Of a stretch of DNA of 64,000 nucleotides, positions 1 through 12,759 are shown piece after piece. Origin of the DNA: Psammoneis japonica (Eukaryota); contig QPGO01000115.1 in NCBI GenBank assembly GCA_008632985.1, forward strand, positions 124,001-188,000. Direction: 5' to 3'. Position numbers and translations under genes: made by a program. Each line of letters starts with the position of its first letter. Positions within the stretch are counted from its first letter, which is position 1. The notes beneath the pieces are model-generated. The model worked only from the letters and a program-made list of their open reading frames with translations. It ran no database searches and was not told where the DNA came from.

Positions 1-760
1 GAGAGACAGAGACAGAGAGATCAGAGAGTGAGGGGGGGTGAAGCGAAGTGATGCACTTGAAAAGTGAGCATCAGCTGTGAGATCTTGGGGGAGAGAGAGA
101 AAAAGAGAGAGGCCAACAAGGTGGAGGGGGCAAGTCTCTCTTGGAGCATTGGGAGCGGCAACAGCAGGAGGGATGGCAGCTTCTTGCAGGCACTGGTGCA
201 GGGGTGTTTTGGTCATGAGTGCACAACAGAGGTGGTCATCAGAGCAGCGGCATTGGCAGTCAGAGCAACAGCCACAACAGCCAGTGTGAGAGGTGTGTTC
301 CCACTGTTGAGCCCTGTTGGTGGGGTTGGGGCTGGCTGTGTTGGGGGGGATGACTGTTCCTCTGACTGGCAGCAGCAGCGCTGACGTTGGAGTGACCCGG
401 GCAGTCGTGGCACCACTTCTTGTGGGAGGTGGAACAGAGCATGGCAGTCAGGGCAAAGTCAGGTGGGGCAGTTTCATCAACCTGTGTTTAGCACACACTT
501 TGGGCAATGTCATGAGAGCTGCTGCTGCATGACAAGCGCAGAGCAAAAAACAGTGGCACAAGAACAAAAAAAGTGGGCGGTGTGACAAGTGCCAGGAGGA
601 GCATTGTTGCAATGGTCCTGACAGCGGGTCAGAGGGGGGGGGGGGCTTGGGGACAAGGACATGCTGTCATGCAGCCATTGGGCCTGAGCCATGTCATGTT
701 AGTTGTTCTCTTGCGGCTTTTATTGTGTGCAGTTCCTCGAACGGATGGAATGCACTGTCA
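1..760. other. TpA-depleted degenerate block (runs off window start), GA-rich simple repeats at the start
   Basis: Only a few TA dinucleotides seen (e.g. ~488, ~700, ~720, all in TTA context); TG/CA-rich; ORFs nearly Tyr-free; normal composition resumes ~760. Confidence 0.7.
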
Positions 761-1126
761 TGGTTACCTCCAACTTTACAGTGTACTTTGTTGGTCAGTC
801 TTGCTTTTCTTCCCTTCATTAAATAGTCATGACGTGTACACATCAACCATTTCTTAACTTATTTAGCTCCGGACATCTGTACCAGTCGTATGTCCTGTAG
901 ATTTCTACACAATATCCGCCACGTGAGCACGCGCGAATGCAAAAGATCGCGGAGGCACATCAAAATCCGGAGCAAACATCACGGAACTTGTTCTGTTCAA
1001 CTTGCATGGCCATCAAACTCCGGTACAAAAAGATCCTGGGCAACGGCTCGCTGTATTGTTTGAATTCCGACGTTTGAATCCAAGTGCGGCACAATTGCGT
1101 TCTGTTTGTCATAAAGTCAAGACACC

Positions 1127-2499
1127 ATGGCTACTTGTAGGTTAGCATCCGCAGGAATCGTAGGCGCTCGTCGGGGTCGAAAGGCAATTCGGGGTGGCTC
1201 ATGCGTGAGCAACGCCAACAATGCGCGAGTCAATGCTTCATCTGCAGCACGAGGCGGCCAGAGACGTCACTCCTTTGCAGCTCCAACTGGATCCTCTCAA
1301 AGTGATAATTTCAATGACGCTACCAACTGGACGGCTCGTGAAATGTCCATGGCGATGGCTGTTGGATTGGGTGCCAGCGCGTGGCTGACGTTGGATGTCA
1401 TGGAGAAGAATTCTCCAAACAACCTTACAAGCACGATAACGAGAAAAGTCACGGAAAGTCTTCAGGATAAGAAGCATTCTCTCTTGGCAACCACTTCTGC
1501 AGCAACTGTACCGAGCGATCAGGGATGGTGTGCAGCTCTGCAACAGGTTCTTATGGAGCATACGAGTGGCTTTCGCAAGCCTGAACCTAAGCCTTTGATT
1601 CGAGAACAACGATATGACGTAAGTGACGGAACTTGTGTCTCGTTTGTTATACCATGGATAATACCGGTAGTTGTTTCTCACTGAGTCACTTGATCAATGT
1701 TTATGCATATTTACAGGCCTCGATTGGAGCTCTCCAGGGCGATCGCCCCTACATGGAAGATACTTGCTACGTTGGCGACCAAGGCCGGTTTGTTGCTGTC
1801 TTTGACGGTCATGGTGGATCGAGGGTGTCGTCTTTACTGCGAGAACGCCTGTACAAATCCTATGCCGGACACCTAGACAAGAAGCGAGCACCATCGCTTT
1901 TACAGCGACAAAAGTCCATTCGTGCCGCCTTTGATCAAGTCAACAGGGAGGTTCTCAAGCTCGACGAGCTTGAGTTTGAAGGAAGCACAGCAGTCGCCGT
2001 CACATTGCACCACGGTCCAAACGGTCAACGGACCCTCGTCTCCGCCAATGTCGGTGATAGCCGTGCGGTACTCAGCCGTTCGGGACGTGCCATGAATCTG
2101 ACGCGAGACCACAAGCCAGACTGCGCGATTGAGCAAGCAAGGCTCAACTCGATTGGAGAGGCCGCCGAGTGGGACGCGGAGGATGGAATCTACCGTGTGG
2201 GTGACTTGGCTGTGGCCAGAAGCATTGGTGACAGATATGCAGGGCCAGCAATTACTGGAGAGGTTGAGATTATGAGCTTTCCCGTCAGCGAAGAACGAGA
2301 CGAGTTTGTGGTTTTGGCGAGTGATGGTCTCTGGGATGTCATGACCAGTCAGGATGTCATCTCTTTTATCCACGAGAACCTTGATTCAGCTGAAAACAAG
2401 AATCAAATGCGAGATCAAATTGGTGACCTCCTTGCCGAAGAGGCTTGGTGGCGAGGCTCGTCAGACAACATCTGCGTCGCCTTGGTTTGGCTCAAGTAG
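1127..2499 (+). CDS. Protein phosphatase 2C (PPM family), 2 exons (intron 1619-1716)
   Basis: RPYMED, VFDGHGG, ANVGDSRAVL, DHKP, LAVARSIGD, LASDGLWDV and DNI motifs; GTAAGT...TTACAG intron joins ORFs 1127 and 1633 in frame. Confidence 0.92.
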
Positions 2500-2629
2500 T
2501 TTGCCTGAGAGCGATCAGATATGTGTATGACTAACCTTGAGCCGTACGCTGTTAATCCGTTACATAGAATACATGACGAAATCAAACCTTATAGCTTGTC
2601 ACACTGCGCTATTCCTAGTTTTTCACTGC

Positions 2630-3820
2630 TCAAAGCAACCCAAAGTAGTGTTGAATATTCTGCCAAGTTTTCCGAGAGGCGAGTTTCTCCAACGCGGACG
2701 CAACCGCGTCTTGCTCGGTGTTATTAAAGTACGAGGAATACTGCTTGCCACTTATAAACTCGACCTCATCGCCTTCTTGTTCCAGGTCGAGAAAGGCGAA
2801 AAGATCGTCCACGGTGCTTTCGTAGTTATGCTCGTAGTCTTCATAGTGAAGAATGTGAGAAGTAATGTCGAGGTTTTCCGTTGTCGTAAAAGCCAGGTTG
2901 TGCCATTGTACGTATCGAAGGAAATCGGCGTGACAAGGAACATCTTTCAAAATCTTTAGAATCTTTGAATCCACCAGCCTTGATTCCTCTTCTTGTTGTG
3001 CATATTTGGTATTCATGTCGCGACAAAAAGACCGAAACCCCTTCATAGTCTTTCTGTACCCGCTATTTGGGTTCCTCTTCAATGAATGGTGGAATCGAGA
3101 AACAATATTATCAAAAGGATTTCGAATCAAATGTACAGCCCGTTTTACAACGTGGGGCTCATATGTGACGGTCTTGTGAATCTCGACGCCATCTTCATAA
3201 ACGTCGTTTCGGCTACCAGTCAAGCACTGGGTCAGGAATGAGTAAGGCGTCTCGACGTATCGTGACGGGCCACATTGATTGCATCGACCACCGCAGTGTG
3301 TCTTTGACAACACATAAGATGAGGGTCGCTTGTACTGCGATTCAGTAGAGTTCAGTCTTCTCCAGAAAGGTCCATTCTCGAGATTGGGATGAATCGGGAG
3401 AGCGACATTCTCAAAATTGACCTCCTTTGCGTAGTTGGTTGCTGTAGTTCGCAAGGAACGTTGCTCAACCATGGCCATTGTAAACGATGTTCCAGAGTTG
3501 GGAAACGACATGAGCCACGCAACTGGAGGTACAATAGAGCCATTTCTGAGTTGAGATTGATCACCACCATTCGCTGCAAACAACGTTGTCGTTGTCGTTG
3601 GCGACACGGTTGATGATTCGGGGGTCCTCAACACCACTTCATCCTTCCGAGTAAAGATTCTCAGCTCCACTTTCTCGAGAACAATAAGCAAAATACTCGT
3701 AAAAATAAAAGAATAAAGGACAGTTTTGGACAATGAGACTCTGAGAAAGAATTGATCGTCACGGGCCGCCTTGGCAGGTGCCATCGCCATCGCTTTTGTT
3801 GTCACGGTATGTACCCTCAT
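2630..3820 (-). CDS. Type II membrane P-loop sulfotransferase-like protein
   Basis: N-terminal TM segment; WLMSFPNSGTS (5'-PSB-like), KTH, LIRNPFDNIVS (3'-PB-like), HYED. Confidence 0.75.
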   Translation of the reverse strand: MRVHTVTTKAMAMAPAKAARDDQFFLRVSLSKTVLYSFIFTSILLIVLEKVELRIFTRKDEVVLRTPESSTVSPTTTTTLFAANGGDQSQLRNGSIVPPVAWLMSFPNSGTSFTMAMVEQRSLRTTATNYAKEVNFENVALPIHPNLENGPFWRRLNSTESQYKRPSSYVLSKTHCGGRCNQCGPSRYVETPYSFLTQCLTGSRNDVYEDGVEIHKTVTYEPHVVKRAVHLIRNPFDNIVSRFHHSLKRNPNSGYRKTMKGFRSFCRDMNTKYAQQEEESRLVDSKILKILKDVPCHADFLRYVQWHNLAFTTTENLDITSHILHYEDYEHNYESTVDDLFAFLDLEQEGDEVEFISGKQYSSYFNNTEQDAVASALEKLASRKTWQNIQHYFGLL

Positions 3821-4416
3821 TCCCTTTGGCAGAGCTTTAGATCACGAGAATAAATTATGAACACACATTACTGCTGATGAGAGATTGAAGATATGGAAAG
3901 TGCTTTGCAGTCTATCATATTCCATCGTGTAGTCGAAACTTGTCATTCTCCGTATTCAGTATGAGGGGGCAGAAACCTATTGATTAGTTTGCACGTTTGC
4001 GATGCATTCTTGATAAGACTTTCTATGACCAATGATGAGGTCCACGAGCCTCTCGTTCGAAGCGTTCATCGCCGTGTCGTGTACGATACGCCTTCCATCG
4101 TGCTTCGTGTTCACGAGATGCTTCTCCGCTCCTTGGTCATTGCGTCGGTCTTCAATCGCATCGTGTTGAATCGTGATCTGCGACTAACAAATTATTCGAT
4201 TATATACAAATTCATATACAAATTTATGATGATCGTGGCCAGCGCAAATATCAGTATCCAATTGCATACACATGAAAGATACCACGACTCTAAGTTCATT
4301 TATTTCATACGCGCGTGAATAATTGAAAGTTTTTTCGCCAACCACCCCCCACAAACACCCGCGCTTTTTCACACTCTCTCATTAATCACCCAACGATCAC
4401 ACACTTCCACACCGAG

Positions 4417-6188
4417 ATGGACTTTGACGGTTCCACTCAGGCCAAGTCTTGGCTCTTTAGCGAGACTTCGTTGGCTCAATGTCGTGAGATTGCCGTAAGC
4501 ATATCTGGTAATGCTGATAAGCCACCACGTGTTCGGAAGTGTGCATCTGGGTTCCATTCTTCGAGGACAATGGAACACGCCTTCGAAAGGGGGCAAGGGC
4601 TTTCATCATCACAACAGGTTGCAATGGATACACGTGAAAGTGGAGTTCACTCCTTCACGTGTCTAACTTCAAACGAACAAGAGATCCTCGTACAATTTCA
4701 CGCTCATCAAATATCCATGCTAATTGGGCCAAAGGCTGTCAACCGAGGATTGTTGAGAAGCTCCACCGTTTTGGCTACTGCCATTATGTATTTCCGTCGC
4801 TTTTATCTTTCCAACTCGGTTGTGGAGTTTAAACCGAGACGCATGGCAGCGGCCTCCGCATTCCTTGCCGCCAAGGTTGAGGAGAAACGCATCGACGTAA
4901 GTTGATGGTTCCATGGCGACGTGGGCTTTTGAAAATTTTCATTCATATTGTCGTTGACGGATGTGATATTAGATTTTTCGCCTGACTGGGATGTATGAAT
5001 GTATTCAACTTTAAGGAGTATCATTCCGTGTGTGACACCTCTAAAATTTGATACAAGAGGTTTCGAGTATTGCCCATCCGCAAAAATTTCGATCGCCAAA
5101 TTTTTTCCGCGTATGAGCTGCTCGACCGTTGTGGTCGTCACATAATTGAAACCAATCTTGTTTGTGGATTGACATGCCAACAAATCCATGAAGAATATCG
5201 TGTACCTGATGAAAATGATAGTGGGAATGTGCTCGCCGATTTAACTCCCTCCACGATTCAATGTCATGTGATCATTTTTGTTTCTCATCTTTTCGCCTTC
5301 GTTTGATTCGCCTTTCGTTGATAGATTCATCTGCTGCAGCACGCCACCTCTGTTGTCTACGATAGAGTGAGATCAGCCCCGGCTATCTGCCTTGAGGAAC
5401 TTGAGCCACTTTCCTTGGAGGAAATTGAAGCGGCCGAGCGAGACCTTCTTGAAGGTCTAAACTACGAGCTACGGTGCTTTCACCCCAACGGAGCTATTCG
5501 TGTGCTGGCTGCAGACACAGCTTCGTTTCTTTCACAGATTATTGACAAGTCATCTGACCCTCAAGCCATCGAAGAAGACAGAGACCCTTGTGAAAGCTTC
5601 CATGGGGAACGCACATCACCACGACCTCTCATTTCAGATGACCCGGAAGAGTACGTGTACCAACTTCAGCAAAAAGCACTTGTCATCGCGCATGACGCAC
5701 TCTTGTTTTCAGATGCTCCTTTCTTGTATCCGCCCGGCAAGATCGCTTTTGCTGCTGTTGTAATTGCCATGAGAGACGACAATGATAGGGACAACGAAAA
5801 TTTGGATGCCGATTTTCCCTATCTCTCGGAAGTTATCAGAACGTACCTGAGAGTACGCTTTCCGCTGAAAGGAGAAGCCGAGCTACAGAATTTCGAGTTG
5901 CAGGTCGCCAACATTATTCGCCTTCTCGACAAAAACACAGAGGTCAACCTAAACTCTTTTGTCATATCTTGTGAGAAGCCGCACATTCAAAAAGTGGTGG
6001 CTCTGCAGGCGAAAGAGCTTCGGCGTGTCATGGAAAAGGTGTCGTTCTTGCGAGAACTGCGAGAAATACCGGAAGGGACGAGTGCGCGTTCTGCCCCAAG
6101 AAAAAGGAAATCTTTTCATGAAGAGATTATCTGCTCAAATGATGTCGATTCCTTCTCTCTGAAAGTTGCCAGGGTTACTCCCATATAA
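4417..6188 (+). CDS. Cyclin H-like cyclin, 2 exons (intron 4897-5324)
   Basis: N-terminal STQAKSWLF; cyclin box ATAIMYFRRFYL...FLAAKVEE; ERDLLEGLNYELRCFHP; DAPFLYPPGKIAFAA; in-frame GTAAGT..GATAG intron. Confidence 0.85.
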
Positions 6189-7949
6189 ATGATTCTGCTG
6201 TCCCTAGAGTGAGTACGCGCTGAAGGTCTACATGTTCTTTACTCTTTCGCCACAACCTCGATCTTTACATTAAAGTATTTTACCATAGATTTAGAATATA
6301 TTGCTATTATTATACTCTACTACAGCTTCATCAGATAGATATCTGTATCGAGCAACAACATTCTAGTGTGGAGAGTAACAGGAGTGACTCCCCGAGTTGG
6401 CATAAGTTAGCGTGTGGCTCACTGCGTCTGTGCGAGCGCCCTTCTCGCTCTTGGCTCTCACTTTTTCCTCTTCGTCCTCAGACCTCACCACACATTACAT
6501 GAGAACCTTCCATGTTACAAGTGTGGTGTGTCCTTCAAGAATGACTTGGTTGTGGCAATTGCATTTCTTTTTGCTGAGTGCACAGGTTCCCTGTTTTTTC
6601 ATCAGTTTACAGCTCTCTGTTGTGTGTCCAATTTGCAGCAGTTGCAACAACACCTGCAAACTTGATGATCATGCAGTGCTGCATGATGCACAAATTGGCA
6701 TGAGAGGGCAACTGACTGACAGTCTGGCAAGAGCACCAGCTTTTAAAATGTGATGCACTGCTCAGGGGCTTGATTCCTTCATTTGCTTTAAGTCTGGTGA
6801 GAAATGACAAAGAAATGCCACAAACTGACCAGAAACATGTGTCGAACAAAGTGTTGGCTTCTTGGCTTGGCTTGACATGAGTTGGTCTCTTGCAGTGTGG
6901 TCATCATGGATTTGAGACACATGTGCACAGACATTGGCAGATGACAAGGGTTGAATCGGTGTGGGTGCTGCTTTTTGAAATGATGGTTTGTGCCCTTTCA
7001 ATTTGGCTTGCGTCCACAGATGCTCTGGAACTTGCCAGAGGGTGCATGTCTCTTGCACAGACAGCAAGATCCAGGAGCATCCTCTGCAAAAAGCTTTGGG
7101 CATCCATTTCCAAGCACTTGACCGCAGGAGTCAACTCCAAAAATGATGTTGAGCCCATCTCTGCCATGACATGCAGAGCAACACTGTGGCAGGGTTCTGA
7201 AGCACTTCTTGAAGCCAGGATTCAATGATGGTTGAGTCCACAAAGCTTTGGTTTGAGGCAAAGCAATTGCACAGAACATCAAAAGACTTCATGTGCAGAC
7301 ACATCAAAAAAACACCAGTGCAAAGTGACCAAACATCAACGGCACTTGGGCACGTGTCTCTTGCCACTCAAAGACTTGGAAAGCTTCAAAAACTGCTTCC
7401 TCTTGCTTCAAGGTGCCAAGTGGGATCTGTGAGGTGTTTGCAACACCTTGTGGTGTGTCTTCATGACCTGTCAGCTCCATGCAGTGTCAACAAAAACCAA
7501 GGATCCAACTCAAGAGAACTTTGTTGGAGTGTCAGAGAAAATGGCAGAGGCTCACAACAAACACAGCCCAAATGACAGATTTGCTCTGCTTGCTTCAACA
7601 GCCTGCAAAAGAAAGGACACAAAAAAAGCAAAAGAGCTCAAGTCTCCACAGACAACAAGCAAGAGAGATGTGACAATGAGAAACAGAGTGAGTGTTGACA
7701 AGCACTTGACACACTGGACAGAGGAAATGTTCATCTTGCAAGAAAGAATAAAAAAAAACATTGGGCAGCTCCCCATTTCTCACAGCACAGTGCTGCCTTT
7801 GCCCTGTGTGCTGAAAATGAGCAAAAAAGCAGGCTGCAAAGATTGCTGTCAACAACAGACTATTTGTGAGTTGGCACATTGTGCTGTGAAACATTTGGCC
7901 ACACATGAGTTGTGTGCTGCTTTGTGAACACATGTGAGCTCTTCTCCAT

Positions 7950-10130
7950 CCACAAACAAAAGGGTTCATTCCAATCTTGCCACAAGGAGGAGAGGCTCAG
8001 CAAATGCCGCACACCATGCATGATGGTTTTTCTGAGTCTTTGTGTTGCACTTGGCAACATTTTGCAAAGCCGGCTCCTGAGCATGATTCTTGTGCCACAT
8101 GGGTTTGCCCAAGCTGGTGCACAATTGTGCCATTGTGTCTGTTTGACAGACTGGCTGCAACTGCCTTGCTGGGGCATGTGCAGTGCATGGCCCGTTTTTC
8201 AACAAAGCTGCCCACTCCAATTTGTCCATGAATTTTAAAATGCCAACATTGCAGTTGCTTTTCTTCTGTTTTCAAGGTTTGCTCACAAGACCTTGGAATC
8301 TTGTGCAACTTGGCATGGCGCAGCTCATTGTTGTCCCTCAGATGACTGTGGCAGGGGCCATCACCCTTTCACTTGCCCAAAGTGCTGGCAAGCAATGGCT
8401 CACACTTTTCAAGAATGGAGGGCAATTTGTGCTGCTGACATTTGTCCAAGCTTTTGGCATTTTCAGTGATGACTTGTTGCAAGTCTGCTGCCTGGCACCT
8501 GGCACCCAGGGCAGCTGTGATTTGATTGCTGTTGCTTTTCAGCCTTCCTGGCTCTTGGGTGCAGAGCACTGTTTTGCTTGCACAGCATCTGTGCTTTTCA
8601 TCATCATCACCTCACTGTTGGTTGTTGGCAACTTGATGATGGCTCATTTTTGGAGAATCCAGCACTGACTCTGCCAGTCTCCAAAATGTTGTGCCCAACA
8701 ATCATGGCTGCCACAATTTTGCCAAGCTTGCCATCATGCACCAGGTGGGCTGCACTTCCAGGATGATGACCATTTCAAACAACTCCAGAAGCTTGACTTA
8801 AATCTCACAGCACCAGCTCTCATCAAAAACAGGCCAGCAACCATTTTCTAGCCAGTCTTCTCAGTGGCACAAACCCTTCTGCCAGATTTTTTGCAGCTGT
8901 CTGCTGACATGCTGCTGACTCTGCTGTCTGACAAAGCTTTTGTCATTTTTGTTTTGCCCTCACCAAGCTTGGTTTTCAAGGCTGTGAGTGCTGGTGCTGG
9001 CACCACATGCTGCTGCTTGTGCCTTTTTCTTCCCATGACATGAGCATGATTGAAACTTGGCGGCAGATTGTGACAATCATTTTGTGACTGTGGTGTTGAC
9101 CCCCAAATCAACCACCATTGTCTTTGTCTTCAGAGTCACTCACTGGAGGTCACAAGTGGCTGCTTTAAAATTTGTTGAGCTCCTTGATGATTTTTTTGTT
9201 GCACTTGTTTTTCTGCACCTTGAGCACTTTCTGTCTTGGCTGCTGCGCCAGCAATGGCACCTGCTCTTGATCATCCTTTCTCTTTTTGTTTGACTGAGAG
9301 CACCCAGTCTTCAGCCCTGCTCTCTTGACCTGGTGCTTTGAGCTGCAGTGCTCTTTGGTTGAGTGTCTCTGCAATTGATGCTGCACAACATGTGTGTCAT
9401 TTGGCATTTTGCTTGCTGCGTGCAGTTTGTGGCAAGTGACTTGGGGCTGTCTTTTTCCCACCAGTCACACTTGCATGGAACCTTGGTGTTTAGGTTGATT
9501 TGTTAAAGCCACCTTCAGATCTTCAACTTGCTCAGTTCATGTGCAAAAAGTGAGTGGGTTGAAGTCCTGGAAAATCACATCCTTCTGCTGTGCATTTGGA
9601 GCTGTGCACTCAAACAAATCTGCCAGCTCATCATCTGGCAATGGCTCCAGATTGTTGCCTCCTTCAACTTTCAGTGGTGAAAAGTTTTTTGAGCAGCCAT
9701 TCAATTCAACAGCAATTGTGGCACAGCTCTGAGTTGTTTTCATTTCCGTGGGTGCTCTCACATGATTGTCCTCCCGGGAAAGATGCTCTGGTGTGCAGCT
9801 GGGTGCTGGTTTCTGCGTCAAACTCTGCCACCTTGTTGTTCAACATTTTGCATTCAGCCACAACATTCTGACCATGGATGATGCTGCACTCAGAGTTTCA
9901 CAGGAGGAAGAGCTTGCACACTCCATTGCTGGCATGCTCAAGCTTGTGCATCAGACTGTTGTCATCCATTGGCAAGTTGCACAGCTTGCACAACTGGTGC
10001 TTGCCCTTTTGTAATTTCTTCTTCTTGGGAAAACCACAGGGCAGTTGGGGGAGCAATCCTCTTCTTCACAGTGGGAGTTTTTGGCAGTTTAGAAAGCCCA
10101 GTTGATTTTGTCAGTTTCTTCACAGAAGGT
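7950..10130 (-). mobile_element. Degenerate Ty3/Gypsy LTR retrotransposon fragment (gag, protease, start of RT, possible integrase remnant)
   Basis: Gag-like DELADLFECTAPNAQQKDVIFQDFNP; protease-like KALSDSRVSS; pre-RT linker QQHKLPSILEKCEPLLASTLGK*KGDGPCHSHL...HAKLHKIPRSCEQTLKTE; DKLEWAA resembling the Gypsy SEWAAP; many stops and frameshifts. Confidence 0.65.
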
Positions 10131-10149
10131 TTTCATGCACACTTGCAAG

Positions 10150-11900
10150 AGCAACATTGCTGATGCTGTGCCTTGTGTGCCAAAAATCAAAAAGATGAGT
10201 GTCAAGCAGTTGCAAAGATTGCTGCCATTGGCAACTGTTCCTGAGTCTGCTTGCATTGCTGCAAAACAGTTGTTTGCATGAAATGTGCACACTCACCTCA
10301 TGCACACACACAACAAATGTGTCTTGATTCACAAATGAGGAGCTTTGCCTCAAGTTTGTCTTGTTGGCACTCACTGAACAATGCATGATCTGCAGCATTG
10401 TGTGTGGAACCTTCACTCACCACCAGGTGTGACTTTGGGGGCAAGTCAAGTGTCTGACCCTTGTGACACAAGTCACTTGCAGTTGACACACAGTTGTGTC
10501 AATGATGCATCTGCTCTTGACAAAATGAGTGCAAGTTTGAATGGGCTTGTGCAACACACACTTTTGGGTCATGCATCTCCCACTGTGGGAGCCCCACAAC
10601 AGAACATCTGACTGTGTGAACAGAAGACATTGCTGGCATCTGCCACGTGTCAGTGTGGTGCATGCTGCACTGCATCAAACAAGACATTTGCCAACTGGCA
10701 TTTGCCAGCTGCCAGCACAGCGCATGCTGCACCTTGTTGAGATGCAAGCACCACACTGACAGCCCAGCAGCAGGTTTTCTTGATTGCCACACATGCTGAG
10801 CTTTTTCAGGCAACAGCTCTGCAAAATGATGGCCCTTGGTCAACTCACTGTGTGCCCTCTTTCAAAGCCATCAACACAGAGAGTGGCTCTCAGTCACATG
10901 CCTTGGAGGCTTGGGGCTTGGAGGACATCACCTCCCAGCCACAGCTTGCAAAGAAGTTGAGAATGGCAGCCAAAGCAAAACTTCTCCCCACAGCCAAAGG
11001 GCAAGAGATTTTGATCTTCCCCAACCCTCATTTTGACCTTCTTTTAGATGCCAGGGATCTCTGCTCATTTCATTTCAATGATTGAATCTTACAACAGTGA
11101 GTGGCTTGGCCTGACACAAGCACCAATTCTTGTGCTTTGCTTCAACCACAGTGCTTTTTGACACCAACAAAAATTGAGTTTTGTGGTTCAAAAGGCAGGG
11201 GTGGAGCAGTGGTTGACTGAGCTGACACAATCACTTGAGCACAAAGAACAACAACATCTTTTTTCACACTGCACTCCATCCCTCTGCAAAGCAGATGGTG
11301 CAACAGCCAGTGGTGCAGCTTGTGTGGCAACACAGCACACAAAGTGTGCAGACTGCATTTTTTGCAGTTGTTGTGGAGCAGACAACAATTGAAGCTTTCT
11401 GCACAACATTCACAATGGTCCTTGAGCAATGCGAAGTGAAGGGTTCATGACAAGGACTTGACTTTGCAGCCTCTCTTGCTCACTGGCTAATTTTGTGACC
11501 CACCTGAGCACTTCTGAAAAATTCCAGCCTCAGCACTCAAAGAAAACATGAGCAACTGAGTTTGCATGTCAACATTTGCAAAATGTTTTGTGCAAGACAG
11601 AGTCAAGACTCCCTGATGCATGAGGGAAAAAGAAGTGAGGAAGAAGTGGGGTGCCAGAAGCAAGCTCATCAGCGATGCTGCTGGCTGTTGCAACAGCTGA
11701 CAACATCTCTGGCATGTGGCATTTGGTGGTCAAATGAGCATGGACCAAATGACATGATCAACACCCAGCATCAACAATGAAAGAGTGCCACAAATGCTGT
11801 GTGCCACTTTGGATGAGTGCAACACATGTCAAAAAGAACCCCTCTGAAAGACGAGGTTGGCACAAACCAGCTTTGCTGACCCTCACTCATCCAGCAGCTG
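10150..11900 (+). repeat. Copy B of a ~2 kb degenerate direct repeat
   Basis: Colinear with 12760-14690, e.g. TGTGCTTTGCTTCAACCACAG and GGGGTGGAGCAGTGGTTG in both; short related piece at ~7790-7940. Confidence 0.85.
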
Positions 11901-12759
11901 TGACAAAGATTAGCCAACAGCCACAACTGCCTCTCCAGTGATCATGCAGCTTGGATGGCCAGTGTCCTTGGCAGCCCTCCTGTCCTGCATGCAGCTTGTG
12001 GCAAGATGCACAAAGAACAGAGGCAATCTATTTTACACTGCTGTGCATCACTGCTTTGTGCAAGGTGAAGGTTGCAGCACAAGCAACAGATGCTGGCATG
12101 CAGCTTGTGTGGTGGCTGGTGTGCACAACAAAGTGCAGACCAACTGGTGGTGTGCTGGGAGAGTTTGTCAATCCAGGAGCAGGGTCCAGATGTGACAGCA
12201 CTTAAAATGTGGATTTCAGTTCTTCTCTCAAACCACAGCCCACCAAAGCACCAAGGGGTGCTGATGACTTCCACAAATGTTTGAAGATCCTCAAAAATCT
12301 TTTGACAAAATGCAAGATTGATGCTTCCCCAGTGCTGCAGGAAACATGGTTGTGTTGGAACATTGGGGTGTGAGTTGGTTTTTGTGAGACAGAGAATGTT
12401 GCAGCAAATGGCACACTGACAAACATTGATGACATGGCAAATTTACATCATTTGCAGCTCATGATGAGTTGTTGGTCTTGTGCTTGCTTTTCAGCTTCTG
12501 CACCCAGTTGACATGCACAGCAACAGCAGCAGCAGAAATGGGACTCTTGTGGTGCACAAGCCAAAGCAAGTTGGGGATTGGCAAAGCTGGCACACATTGG
12601 CCAGCAAGCCATGAAATCCCAACAGTTTTGCACATGGGTGGACTTGGCACCATTTTGTGAGTCCAGCTGAGCACAATTCTCATGACATGGGTCAGCCCAA
12701 ACTTTTTGCTGGGGCCCAAAAGCTCACTGCCTCACACATCAAATTGGAAGACAAGCATT

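Noticed and set aside
4897..5324. snoRNA in the long (428 nt) cyclin H intron
   Set aside because: No convincing C/D or H/ACA box pairing seen
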